A stretch of DNA of 62,922 nt, counting the filler, from Octopus bimaculoides (lineage: Eukaryota), in assembly GCF_001194135.2 (NCBI RefSeq). It is 5 parts of 5 records of this genome, joined end to end, with 100 filler letters (N's around TTAATTAATTAA, not from the genome) between each part and the next. Parts side by side here need not be neighbours in the genome. Positions count along the whole stretch, not along the records: positions 24,033 to 50,857 come from NC_068993.1; positions 50,958 to 54,223 come from NC_068985.1; 3 more parts are not named here. The stretch is one strand, 5' to 3'. Every line of letters starts with the position of its first letter. Position 1 is the stretch's first letter. Below are positions 40,904 to 53,113 of this stretch, one piece after another. The translations under genes were made by a program, and so were the position numbers. A model generated the notes under the pieces. It was not told the origin of the DNA and did not search any database. It saw nothing but the letters and a program-made list of their open reading frames with translations.

Positions 40904-41172
40904 GGCGTGTAGGAATATATTATGTCAGCACTTACAATTGGGTCTATTCAAAACATTGTTCAACACATTTCGTTATGAGCGACTCTGTCATTTTATGCGA
41001 TAGCACACTTGTACATCGCTAGTTATTTAACGAACGGTATAAATGATGTTCTATTTATAAATGATGTTCTATTTCATCGAAATATGGTTCATACATTCAG
41101 AAAGAAAGTTACACAAATTAGAAAGAAAATATATTTTATTAATATACATTTGTATAGTACATTATTATAATT

Positions 41173-41385
41173 AAGGTAGTGAGCAAGCAGAATCGTTAGC
41201 AGACTGGGCAAAATGCTTAGATGTATTTCGTCCGTCTTTACGTTCTGAATTTAAATTCCGCCGAGGTCGACTTTGTCTTTCATTCTTTCGGAGTCGGTAA
41301 ACTAAGTATCAGTTGCGTAGTGGGGACGATCTAATCGACTGGCCCCCTCCGCCCAATTTTCAAGCCTTGTCCCTATTTAGAAAGA

Positions 41386-41386
<1 letters not shown>
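41173..41386 (+). mobile_element. SINE family B, full length (tail iii-like), running into (TTA)n
   Basis: gcagaatcgttagc head, gtcgactttgtctttcattc centre, ccttgtccctatttagaaagaattattatt tail. Confidence 0.88.
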
Positions 41387-41423
<37 letters not shown>

Positions 41424-41494
41424 GATCATCATCATCATCATCATCATCATTATTATCATGATCATCATCATGATCATCATGATCATGAGCATCC

Positions 41495-41589
<95 letters not shown>

Positions 41590-41599
41590 ATTATTGTTA

Positions 41600-41990
41600 T
41601 TCAGTAGTTTTATTTTTATAGCGTGCTTTCACTGCACTATCGAGCGCAGCTCTGTGTGCCTTGGGTATGTGCTGTGGTTTGCTGTGATGCTCTTATGGTT
41701 ACTGTATTGAAAGTATTTTGCGTAGGATGTGTGCAGTGCCCAGTAGTGCAATTTTCTGTATGTTATATATATTTGAAAGTCCTGGTGTTTTTGTCATGTA
41801 TTTGTCTGAATATTTTTTTATCATACCTAATGCGCCCACTATTTCAGGAATTGTTTCTGTTTTAGATTCCACATTCGAGTTACTTCTATTTTCAGGTCTT
41901 TGTGTTTTGAAAGTTTCTCCATTCTCTTAGAGAAACGTTGTCATCTGTTGGCATTGATACATCAATTAGGAAGCATTTTTTCCTCTATGA
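41600..41990 (-). mobile_element. R4/Dong-type 3' end (subfamily 1)
   Basis: Aligns with 9391-9770 (aggatgtgtgcagtgcccagtagtgcaattttctg). Embedded in TTA/TCA arrays on both sides. Confidence 0.9.
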
Positions 41991-42058
41991 ACTCTTATTA
42001 TTATCCTCCTCCTCCTCCTCCTCATCATCATCATCATCATTGTTGTTGTTGTTGTTGC

Positions 42059-42095
<37 letters not shown>

Positions 42096-42129
42096 ATCAA
42101 ACTGGAAGCCTAACAGTCGTTGTCGCACT

Positions 42130-42475
42130 GGACAAAGTGCTCAGTAGCATTTCGTCCAACTTTACCTTGTAGGTTTGAATGTTGTCGTTATCCACTTTGC
42201 CTCCCATTATCTCGGAAGCGATAAAGTGTACCACTTAATCAGTGGCGTCAGTGTAGTCGATTTCACGCACCCCTTAAAATTGATAGCTTTGTGCTAAAAT
42301 TTGAAACTAGCACAGGTGCGGTTGTGTAGTAAGAAATTTGCTTCCCAACCACATAGTTCTGCATTCCGTTCCACTGCGTGTCACATAGGGCAAGTGTCTT
42401 GTACTAACGTCTTGGACTGATTAAAGCTCTGTGAATGGATTTTGTAGACGGAAACTGAAGGAATCCCGTTGTATG
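42130..42475 (+). mobile_element. Diverged family B SINE (42130-42310) followed by a family A head (42313-42475)
   Basis: aaaattgatagctttgtgctaaaatttgaaac tail, then aggtgcggttgtgtagtaag..gacggaaactgaagg head leading into (TA)n. Confidence 0.75.
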
Positions 42476-42478
42476 TAT

Positions 42479-42521
<43 letters not shown>

Positions 42522-42989
42522 NNNNNNNNNNNNNNNNNNNNNNNNNNNNNNNNNNNNNNNNNNNNNNNNNNNNNNNNNNNNNNNNNNNNNNNNNNNNNNN
42601 NNNNNNNNNNNNNNNNNNNNNNNNNNNNNNNNNNNNNNNNNNNNNNNNNNNNNNNNNNNNNNNNNNNNNNNNNNNNNNNNNNNNNNNNNNNNNNNNNNNC
42701 TTTATCAAAAATGAATATAAAATATGTAAGAAAAGAAAAGGGCTATTAATAAAATAAAATTGAAATTAAAATTAAGAATGAAATTCATAATTTACTGTTA
42801 TTTCTTGCATGCGCACGTGGTCCTTTCGTTGAGTTCTGAAAACATGATAATTCCAGCTTGTTGTGTGAGAAGATTACTACTATCTGTTTTAGTAAATTAA
42901 ATAGTGGTCAAGAATTCTAGGAGTGGTTGTAGCTGTCGAATAACTAGCAGCAGTAATGATAATAACAATAGTAGTAGTAGTGGGAATCG

Positions 42990-43884
42990 TCGTGGTGAAG
43001 TTGTTCCCCCTATGGTTTTAATAGAAATCGGGTTCTTCGAAACCCTTTGTTTATTTCTTATGAATAACTTGCAAATCCACGTATAAGTATATTAAAATAT
43101 ATATGAAAGTCTCAGTGTTGCTAGTTTAGAGAATTTAGACTTGGTCAGTATTTTCTTGCAAAAAAAATATTTCCTTGCTAATGCGTTCATTTTGGCTAGC
43201 ATTCCCTTTGAATATGTATAGTGGAAACGTTGTGAATTTGGGAAATTTGTTGTAAGCACATTCGTCGATGTGCTGGCTGAGAGGTATTTTCCTGTTTTCT
43301 GGGATCCTAATTTGGGATTTGTGTAACGCCATCCTCTGACGTATGCTGTTTTTAGTGTGTCCAATATATTGCGGTTTGCATCCAGGGCATGTAATTAGGT
43401 AGATCAAGTTCTCCAATGCCCATGTAAAATTAGTTTTTATTGTGAAATTATGGCCTTGTTCTAATCGATGTTCCGATCCTTCTATTATGTTGACAAAAAT
43501 CCTACAGTTGGGTCTCCCGCATTTTTTACTGTAGGTTTAGTGGTTATTGTTGTGTGTAATTTGACCTGGGTTAAAAAAATTTTCATTGATTTTAGTTGGC
43601 TCTTACTTTTGATGATTGTATGTGTTTTGAGGATTTGGTTCATTTTTGGGTCTTTCTTGAGTAGAGCTGTGCTGTGGAGTATGTTGTTGAAGGCCTCATT
43701 GTTGTGTGGGTTGTGTGTGGAGATGTAAGGCAGGGTTTTTGATTTTTCTTCCTTCTTGGGTCTTGGTTGTGTAAGTTCTTGTGTATTTAATTTAAGTACT
43801 CTTTGGATCGTATTTTCTATTAAGGGCTGTGGATAGTTTCTATTTATGAGTGTGAATTTCAATTCCTAGAGTAATGTATAGCAG
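42990..43884 (-). mobile_element. Penelope-like element 3' part with GIY-YIG endonuclease; 5' part lost in gap
   Basis: RNYPQPLIE..LPYISTHNP (RT thumb/linker), KKCGRPNC, NLIYLITCPGCKPQYIGHT..RMALHK..LSQH (LIY-YIG with CCHH-type residues). Confidence 0.92.
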
Positions 43885-44572
43885 NNNNNNNNNNNNNNNN
43901 NNNNNNNNNNNNNNNNNNNNNNNNNNNNNNNNNNNNNNNNNNNNNNNNNNNNNNNNNNNNNNNNNNNNNNNNNNNNNNNNNNNNNNNNNNNNNNNNNNNN
44001 NNNNNNNNNNNNNNNNNNNNNNNNNNNNNNNNNNNNNNNNNNNNNNNNNNNNNNNNNNNNNNNNNNNNNNNNNNNNNNNNNNNNNNNNNNNNNNNNNNNN
44101 NNNNNNNNNNNNNNNNNNNNNNNNNNNNNNNNNNNNNNNNNNNNNNNNNNNNNNNNNNNNNNNNNNNNNNNNNNNNNNNNNNNNNNNNNNNNNNNNNNNN
44201 NNNNNNNNNNNNNNNNNNNNNNNNNNNNNNNNNNNNNNNNNNNNNNNNNNNNNNNNNNNNNNNNNNNNNNNNNNNNNNNNNNNNNNNNNNNNNNNNNNNN
44301 NNNNNNNNNNNNNNNNNNNNNNNNNNNNNNNNNNNNNNNNNNNNNNNNNNNNNNNNNNNNNNNNNNNNNNNNNNNNNNNNNNNNNNNNNNNNNNNNNNNN
44401 NNNNNNNNNNNNNNNNNNNNNNNNNNNNNNNNNNNNNNNNNNNNNNNNNNNNNNNNNNNNNNNNNNNNNNNNNNNNNNNNNNNNNNNNNNNNNNNNNNNN
44501 NNNNNNNNNNNNNNNNNNNNNNNNNNNNNNNNNNNNNNNNNNNNNNNNNNNNNNNNNNNNNNNNNNNNNNNN

Positions 44573-44622
<50 letters not shown>

Positions 44623-45369
44623 CGAGAGATTTAGTTCACTGATGATCTAAACCAATAGCTACGCTGAGTAAGTGCTATAATTGGTCATTCGTTGAGTTCA
44701 AAGTTCACAGGTGAGTTTGAAACTAGAGATCCTTAGTAGGCTTCCGAGTCGACAGATGCATATTACAGGAAAAGAAAAACAAAACGAAGACAGGAAGAGT
44801 GCCATTTAGAATATTTTTAGTATATTTACATAGAGTAAGGTGAATAAAAAATGGAGAAGTAGAAGTAATTAATGTCTTACAGCTGTTTCTAGGATATCTC
44901 AGATAATGGGACATCGTCATACACTGGGCATTCTATAATCAGAGACAAGGTGTGTATGCAGGAAAGTTCCGGACAGAGAATTTACAGCATATAAAAGTAT
45001 AAACAGTAGATAGAAGAATAAAGACGAGAATAAAGTTAACAATATATCTTATTTCAGAGTGTATGGAGGTTAGTCTGTATATCCGTAAAGGTATAGCCCC
45101 TTAAGTATAATACCAGGTAAGCCCAGGCACTATATTGAATGTTGCATTCAGATTGAAGGAATTAAGTCAAGTGGTTAGCTTGTAAGAAAAGAAAAATAGT
45201 CCATATGGGTGCATAGTGTGAGAGAGATAGACATCATGATAGACAGATAGATTAGTGAGAAAGGGTGGATGTTGTGAGTGAGTGAATAGAAGGGAGGAAA
45301 GAAGGGAAGAGGATAAACGTGAGAGCGAAAGTAAAATAAAGATAAAGATAAAAGTTAGGAGGCCGATAT

Positions 45370-46050
45370 CATTCTTCGTCAGGGTAGATTCGGGGTGAAA
45401 GGTCAGCGGTTAAGGTTTTGGTAAAGTGGAGCAGGAAGGCATTTGTGGCTATAAAAGGGTAATAAATAGATAAATGAATGCTAGGTTCAGAAAGAATATT
45501 TAGTTTTAGATCAATGTTCGGTAAAGAGAGCGAAAGTACTAGATGTAGATGCATAACTTAAGGGATTATATTCAGAATTAAAGTTAAAAATCAAAATCAA
45601 AATTTAACAATCAAAAAGATTATTGCAGCTAGCGAACTTCTAAACTACTTATGTTAAAGCAATAAGTATTATTATATGAAGGAAAAACGTACGTATATTG
45701 CAACAAATGTAGATAAGCAAGGTCATGCGTGTTGATATTGCTTGCAATTTGACTTAGGGAAGAACCTAAAAGTACAATAAAACCTATACTTGCATGAAGA
45801 AAATGCTTCATGTTGTCTATTAAGTAATTGTGATGAATCATGAACTAATATTTGGAGGGCTTCCTTAAGACAGAATCCACATGCAGAGCGCTGGAGTTGG
45901 TATGGGCAACCAGAATCTATTATGTCCCAGGTTATCTATCCTATCTGGTAGTTTTCTTACTTATCAGATGGTGTATGTGGTTAGCTAGGGACCTACTTCT
46001 CCCTTTTAATTCAGCTTACTTTAATTGAATATATTGAAAATATTCTAAAT
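45370..46050. mobile_element. Possible old PLE debris
   Basis: Minus 45370-45560: KLNILSE then CCCTGACGAAG, resembling a PLE 3' end. Plus 45690-46050: weak NVDK / YGQP / ILSGSFLTYQ resemblance to a PLE RT N-terminus. Confidence 0.3.
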
Positions 46051-46135
46051 GACCAGAGATACTCGTCCTGACTTGGTTTTCTTTTCCTTTTCTTTATATA
46101 TATANNNNNNNNNNNNNNNNNNNNNNNNNNNNNNN

Positions 46136-46171
<36 letters not shown>

Positions 46172-46290
46172 GTGTGTATGTAATATATATGTATATACAT
46201 ACATACATACATACATATATATGTCTATAATTCAGTTGTCACTAATTCTGCCTGAGATGCAGGGCAGCACCTATATGGCTAGAAAGACCT

Positions 46291-46793
46291 TTAGAGCCAC
46301 AAGCAAGCACATTTCATATACTAACAAGGGAGATAACAAGCTCTTCAGTAGTGACTAATCTATCACTAGATGGTTTTGGCTGACAATATATATATATATT
46401 TCCTTTATGAATCTATGGCTGATTTAGCAAAATGCTAGTTTGAAAATTATAAAATAATGAAGGCAGCTATACGCAATATAAAACCAAAAATGAAAAAATG
46501 TAATTGTCAAAAATTGTAAGTGAAGGCGCAGAGTGAAACCTATATTGCTTGAAATAAGAGTTTAAAAAACTCTTAGAGCCACAAGAAAGCACATTTTCTT
46601 ATAATACTGGCAGGGGAGATAACCACCCTACAGTGAGCGAGATCAATATATTCGTCTATTTTAGTAGTGACTATTCCATCGCTGAATTTTGAATGTCAGT
46701 ATATATATTTACCATATGAATTTGTAGCTGATTCAGCAAAATGCTGTTTGAAAATTAAAAGATAAGGAAGGCAGCTATACGCAATATAAAGCC
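46291..46793 (+). repeat. Diverged tandem duplication (46291-46485 and 46573-46793)
   Basis: Both units start ttagagccacaag and end gaaggcagctatacgcaatataaa. Confidence 0.85.
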
Positions 46794-46798
46794 ATAGC

Positions 46799-47526
46799 AT
46801 TAGATATAACCGTAAGTAGATGTAGAGGTGTAAACGCACTCGCTTACGTTGTTTGGCGCACGCATACGCTTCCGTTCAAACTTTCACAAGGACATAAGCA
46901 TTCGCACACTCGTGGTTTTGCGCACATACGCTCAACCAGTGAATTAAATAAATACTAATTAAAGTCAGTGCCGACAAATGGCTAGTGATACGACTCCGTC
47001 TGGTATAGAGTCACAGATTCTGTGGTAGGATTCACAAGGTCTGGCCGATGTACTTGTAGTGTCATGAATATGGCCAATGTATACCGATTAATGTGAGATA
47101 AATACCAACTTCAGCCTGTCAATAAATATCACTCACTATAAGATGAAAATGCAAAATACCTACGCATATCCACACAGGTGATCCTATCACTGGCATTAAT
47201 ACTTTCTTCAGACTATCGATTATTTCATTAGCCGTTCATACAAAAAATACGCATCTACTATGTATTTATGCACATACTTATGACGCTACTAGTGCTGTAA
47301 GTATATCGGTCAGACCTAGCGAGCCCACTCAAGAATCTGCGACTCTTCACCTAGCGGAGTCGTATCACTAGCCACTTTTCAGCACTGGTTTTATTAATAT
47401 CTATTTGTTCGCTGTGCGAGCGTATTTGCGCCAAACCACACGTGTGCGAATGCTTCTATCTTTGTGAAAAATTGTACGAACGACCGCACGTGCGCCAAAG
47501 AACATATACTAATGTTTATATCTAAT
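46799..47526. mobile_element. Foldback/MITE-like element with ~300-bp imperfect inverted arms
   Basis: attagatata..tatatctaat termini. Internal inverted matches include aagcattcgcacac/gtgtgcgaatgctt and gctagtgatacgactccg/cggagtcgtatcactagc. Confidence 0.85.
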
Positions 47527-47799
47527 CATGTTTTTCGCTATATTGTTATTTGTTTCTTTTTGCATCTGATATTTGCTATTGATCTTCTATAACAATGAAG
47601 CTGTATCCCTTAGTTTGCTGCTTTTATATACATATAACAAGAAGAAATCTAGCGAAACAGACGCTACTTTAATGTGATACATCTTGTCATCACCTGACGA
47701 GCCACATCTACACCGACAGATGTACCAAAATCAGATATTCAGTATCTCAACCGGGAGGAATCTTCATTTACACACATACGCGCGCGCGGCGCGCACACA

Positions 47800-47840
<41 letters not shown>

Positions 47841-47868
47841 GCACGCACACACACATACACAGACACAG

Positions 47869-47947
<79 letters not shown>

Positions 47948-48561
47948 CCGGCTAAGTGATAAAATATCCATATGTACTATCAGTATCCGTAACCTGCGTT
48001 ATTGTCGGGAAATAGTGTGCAGTGACACGATACACGTCGAGCGCAGGTGGCAATAGGATAAACAAACGTTCATCAGGGACCAACGCAAATAAGTAGAAAA
48101 TAGAGAGAAACATAGATTAAACAGTACATCGATAGGACCACATTTAAAGCTTGTTTATTGATACAAAGCAAGACATAATAAAGCTAACAACTGTTTCTAA
48201 TCAAAATACCAGAATGCAGTCTGTACATAAATGCGAGAATACAATTCTTCGTCTTCGTAGGGCATTCGAATTAAGGCAACAGATCTTCATCAGAGTGAGA
48301 AACAAGTGCATGCAATATAATCAAAAGGGAGAAGGAGAAGGAAAGAAAACATGGTTTAGGTAAATAGTCTATAAAAGACCAATATTTTAAGTACACATAA
48401 TTATTTACCATGCGAGTCCAAAGAACGTAGACGAGAGCACGAGGTATTAAAGGAGTAGGGAATACTGCAAGTTATTAACGGGAGGAAGCAGTTAGGAGTA
48501 CTGGTTATTCAGTTACTTATACTGGTTAATCTATGGGTTTTTTCCATTTTATAATTATTTG

Positions 48562-48604
<43 letters not shown>

Positions 48605-49057
48605 GTAAATACATATATACATGCATATGTATATATATAAATATATATATANNNNNNNNNNNNNNNNNNNNNNNNNNNNNNNNNNNNNNNNNNNNNNNNN
48701 NNNNNNNNNNNNNNNNNNNNNNNNNNNNNNNNNNNNNNNNNNNNNNNNNNNNNNNNNNNNNNNNNNNNNNNNNNNNNNNNNNNNNNNNNNNNNNNNNNNN
48801 NNNNNNNNNNNNNNNNNNNNNNNNNNNNNNNNNNNNNNNNNNNNNNNNNNNNNNNNNNNNNNNNNNNNNNNNNNNNNNNNNNNNNNNNNNNNNNNNNNNN
48901 NNNNNNNNNNNNNNNNNNNNNNNNNNNNNNNNNNNNNNNNNNNNNNNNNNNNNNNNNNNNNNNNNNNNNNNNNNNNNNNNNNNNNNNNNNNNNNNNNNNN
49001 NNNNNNNNNNNNNNNNNNNNNNNNNNNNNNNNNNNNNNNNNNNNNNNNNNNNNNNNN

Positions 49058-49154
<97 letters not shown>

Positions 49155-49375
49155 CGTGTGTGTGTCTGTGTTTGTGTTCTGTGCTTGTCCCCCACTACCT
49201 GTATTGTTGTGTCTACGTCCCCTTAACTTAGCGGTTCGGTACAATTGACCAACCAATAGAGTAAGTAGCAGCCTTAGCAAAAGAAGTACTCCGATTCATT
49301 GGACTAAAATTCTTCAAACCAGTGACCCCGTGTGAGTGCACTCTAATAACTGAAACAAACAATAGGTAAAAGATA
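49155..49375 (+). mobile_element. SINE family A tail after a long CA/TA tract
   Basis: taacttagcggttcgg..aactgaaacaaacaataggtaaaaga. Confidence 0.75.
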
Positions 49376-49862
49376 GATTATTATTTTACTGTGTATTATA
49401 TTACAAAACCTTATTGCATTTTCATGACATTTATCATACTGTATTGTGTGTGTCTTTCATATTGCAGTATAGTAAATTTAAGAAAAACGAGATATTTTCT
49501 TTAAATTATATTCTGCACAGACAAACCTCACCTTATACCTGTACCGACTTATTTAATAAGTCATCAATATTTGGCTAATAACCCAAATATTTCATGAATA
49601 GTTGCTATGACAATTTCACCATAGAATTCACAACTCTAAAGCCACGCATCCATTCATGCAGACCTAAATCAAACACTTTCCTATTTCTTAATAGAAGTAG
49701 TATGTTGGTTGAGTCGGTAGAATGTCGGCTAGATTCCTTCTTGCAGTTCTCTGTACTGTGCGCTTCAGTTCCCGCCTCCCACCGAGGTTACTTTACATCC
49801 TTTCTTACTTTACATCCTTTTTTCATTGATAAATAAAGTATCAGTCCTGTGTAGATACAGGC

Positions 49863-49924
49863 TCTTCTTCTTCTTCTTCTTCTTCTTCTTCTTCTTCTTC
49901 TTCTTCTTCTTCTTCTTCTTCTAC

Positions 49925-49956
<32 letters not shown>

Positions 49957-50014
49957 CTTCTTCTTCTTCTTCTTCTTCTTCTTCTTCTTCTTCTTCTTCT
50001 TCTTCTTCTTCTTC
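49863..50014 (+). repeat. (TTC)n, about 50 units, just 3' of a diverged family B SINE (~49690-49850)
   Basis: Directly visible, with one ctacta interruption. Confidence 0.95.
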
Positions 50015-50339
50015 CTTTTCGTCGTCGTCGTCGCTTTCTCATTTTTCTTCTTCATTTCTCTACCTTTTCCCCTGCAGAGGCTCTCATCAGGTTTTGAGAC
50101 CTGACCATGCCACTCTGTATACACTACGACTTCATAGGGAATTGACAGATCCAGGAAGACGGGACGATTTCTTAAGATACTCAGTCACGGATTTGTTGCA
50201 TTTTAAACACGAGAAGCGATAAATAAGTGCAAATGTGAAAAATATCCGTTATATAAAAGAAATTTACTTTCGAATAGTAGCCTTCAATATTGTTTCATTC
50301 ACATTCTCTGACCCAACATTTTAATATAAGTGACAGAAA

Positions 50340-50791
50340 AGTTGGAGAAGAGAAATTGTCAAACTTTTGGCTGAAAAGGAGTTGCAGACAACTTGATTGG
50401 GTAATCCCATAAGGAATCGGTTTATCGATATTTTGCACTCATCAATTTTTTTTTTTTCGTTTTTGGAGAACTTAAAGCATTCAAAAATCCCATGAGTCCT
50501 AAGTAATGCTGGCATCAAGTTTGAACAAAATTGGTAAAAGTTATGGTTGATAATGGGGTGTACCCAATTTTATTGGGGAATCCTATCAGGAATCGGTTTA
50601 TCGATTTTCTTTTATCCTGATTAAAAGGAAAACCCAATAAGGAATCAGTTTATTGATTTTTCACACCAAATAGGGCTTGGGTCATGACGAATGACCTCCT
50701 AAGATTGGAGCGACATGCGTGCTAATTTGTGGACGTGCATAAATTACATTCACGTACACACACACACACCCTGCGTTTTATATCTATAGAT
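50340..50791 (-). mobile_element. Helitron-like non-autonomous element, 5' part
   Basis: Minus strand starts A|TCTATAGATATAAAACGCAGGG(TG)n. Three internal aggaatc(g/a)gtttat(c/t)gat subrepeats at ~50413, 50589 and 50640. Confidence 0.5.
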
Positions 50792-50792
50792 G

Positions 50793-50827
<35 letters not shown>

Positions 50828-50957
50828 ATTATGTGTGCATATATATATATATATATANNNNNNNNNNNNNNNNNNNNNNNNNNNNNNNNNNNNNNNNNNN
50901 NTTAATTAATTAANNNNNNNNNNNNNNNNNNNNNNNNNNNNNNNNNNNNNNNNNNNN

Positions 50958-51213
50958 CTTACATGAATAGTATGTACATGTCATATACAAAAGTGTAAAA
51001 CCATTGAGTGTTAAAGTAAGTATTACTATTACACTTTCACTTTTCGACTGACATGCGTCAATGTATATCTGTGTATATAACAGTGAAACAATAACGTGGT
51101 ATATTCGCTGTGTGAATTTTTTTCATTTAAGCCCCATTTTAATTATCGTAAAAGTTTCCAAGTACCAATAAGCAACAATTTCATTCCTGGGCAACGCCAG
51201 GTGGCTCTGCTAG

Positions 51214-51214
<1 letters not shown>
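50958..51214 (+). mobile_element. Helitron-like 3' end
   Basis: Short hairpin cctgggcaacgccagg, then CTAG at 51210-51213 followed by T: the canonical Helitron 3' signature. Confidence 0.7.
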
Positions 51215-51248
<34 letters not shown>

Positions 51249-51299
51249 GAATCATAGAATTGGTGTAGTCTTCTCTTCTTTGGTTATAACATTTTGCAG

Positions 51300-51417
51300 A
51301 TGGCTGATTGTGTATGTCAGAAAATTTTAGAAATTCTCAGAGTTGACATTGGCCAACTTCATAAACTTTCCAGAAAAGTCTGCATTCCTATAGCCAGAAG
51401 GTGGGGAAGATCAACAG
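51300..51417 (+). CDS. Candidate exon, plus-strand model, unknown protein
   Basis: ttttgcag|ATG ... ACAG|gtttgg, open frame MADCVCQKILEILRVDIGQLHKLSRKVCIPIARRWGRST, phase-compatible with 52056. No homology recognised. Confidence 0.2.
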
Positions 51418-51539
51418 GTTTGGACAAATCCCAGCAGTTCAATCCAAGCATAATCATTATCTAACACTTATTTCAATTTTGTCCTGTTTTGTCCACAAAG
51501 AGGATTGCCATGTCTTTGATGAGACTAAATGAGTACCTC

Positions 51540-51665
51540 TCAATTTCTTGTTAATACTTGACATCCATTGAAAATGTCCCATGGCTTGAAATTCAAACTA
51601 TACCCTTGAATTGTCCTGTCAATGAACTTGAACTTGGAAGTATCAATCTGTCCCTGTATAATGTC
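51540..51665 (-). CDS. Candidate terminal coding exon, minus-strand model, unknown protein
   Basis: Strong acceptor ttaatttattatttctttgcattag|, frame DIIQGQIDTSKFKFIDRTIQGYSLNFKPWDIFNGCQVLTRN*. CpG-free context. Confidence 0.3.
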   Translation of the reverse strand, partial: DIIQGQIDTSKFKFIDRTIQGYSLNFKPWDIFNGCQVLTRN

Positions 51666-52055
51666 CTAATGCAAAGAAATAATAAATTAATACATAAACA
51701 TTTAGTGGTGTAACTTCATAAAGTGACAAAAGAACAACAGCACAGACACATTTCCTAGGATTAAACTTTGACTGTGTCCAAACTAAATCATTCAATCTAA
51801 CTTATTCAGAAATAATATAAATCTTCTATATGAAGACAAGTTCCAGGATTAGTATAAATTAAATGCTACAATTTACAGTTGTATTTGGTATATTTTCTTT
51901 CATTCATTAAAAGCAACATATATGCAGGTATACTCCAGTGATGCACATGTAAGAATAAATTCTAATGTGAATTAGAAGCACCACTTGTGTTGTAAATATT
52001 ATCAACCACACATACCCATACATATGTGTGTTTTGCTTGTTTGCTTGTTTACTAG

Positions 52056-52189
52056 TTGGCAGCAATTTGATGCAGAGGACAGGGTTGGGGCGAGTTGTCT
52101 CACTTGTCCATGAATTTTTTGTACTTGAGGGAGTCATCCCATTTGCTAAATCACAGCCTACTGACAAACAAGCAGAGAATATACATCGA
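52056..52189 (+). CDS. Candidate exon, plus-strand model, unknown protein
   Basis: ttgtttactag| ... CGA|gtatgt, open frame GSNLMQRTGLGRVVSLVHEFFVLEGVIPFAKSQPTDKQAENIHR. Confidence 0.25.
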
Positions 52190-52515
52190 GTATGTGTGGT
52201 CTATAATGTTTACAACACTAGTGCTGTTTCTAATTTATGGTGGGGCACTGCTTTGAAAGGTTTTTAATCAAACAAATCAATCACAATACTTTATTTTGTA
52301 AGTCTGGTTTCAGTCAGAAGCTGTGACTATTCTGGACACCACAATTAACACTAACGCTTGCTAATTTTCAACGTACTTCCTAACCCTGTCTTCAGAATTG
52401 ATCCTAGTGAAGTAATGAGTTGGATAAAGCTGTCCTTCTTTACTCTATTAAATATAAATATTCTATATTTGCATATATCTATCAATATTTAATTCTGTCT
52501 ATTATAAATATATAT

Positions 52516-52914
52516 AAGCAATAATAAATCTCTGAGCGAGATGTAAACAATAGCAGCACGACATCATAAAGTATATTGGCCACCTAAATGTGGCTGACCC
52601 ATATGGAACGATGCTACTGTAGTTTATAGCCCCAGGGAGACATCTCCTCCAGCTGTCTAATGACACACTGTCTGTGCCCGATCAGTAATTGCGAAGGGGA
52701 ATCATTGTTCCCATCTCTAGCCTGACGTGATACACATGGACCCGGGTTTTGCATGCAAACAGTATGTTGTTAACCAGCAGGAGGAGGTGTCTTCCTGGGG
52801 CTACAAACAATAGTAGCATCGTTCCATATAGTTCAGCCACATTTAGGTGGCAAATATACTTCACGATGTCATGCTGTTACTGTTTACATCTCGCTCAGAG
52901 ATTTATTATTGCTT
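52516..52914. mobile_element. MITE with ~125-bp terminal inverted repeats
   Basis: aagcaataataaatctctgagcgagatgtaaaca at left, its reverse complement at right; arms match inward to ccccagg.agaca.ctcctcc. Confidence 0.9.
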
Positions 52915-53021
52915 GTTTCTCCTTTTACGAGATCAGTGACTCTTTGTCACTGGAAAAAGCATATATATTTGTGCTTGAACTCACTTCTCATCCCTCCAGT
53001 GATTGTCACAGTGTATCATTA

Positions 53022-53113
53022 GCCAGCTAGAGGAGATGACTTCCTGGGGCTATAAACAACAATAGCATCGTCCCATATGGATCAGCCACATGTAGGTGGC
53101 AAATATACTTCAC
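53022..53113. mobile_element. Partial extra copy of the MITE arm
   Basis: cttcctggggctataaacaacaatagcatcgtcccatatggatcagccacatgtaggtggcaaatatacttcac matches ~52790-52864. Confidence 0.85.
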
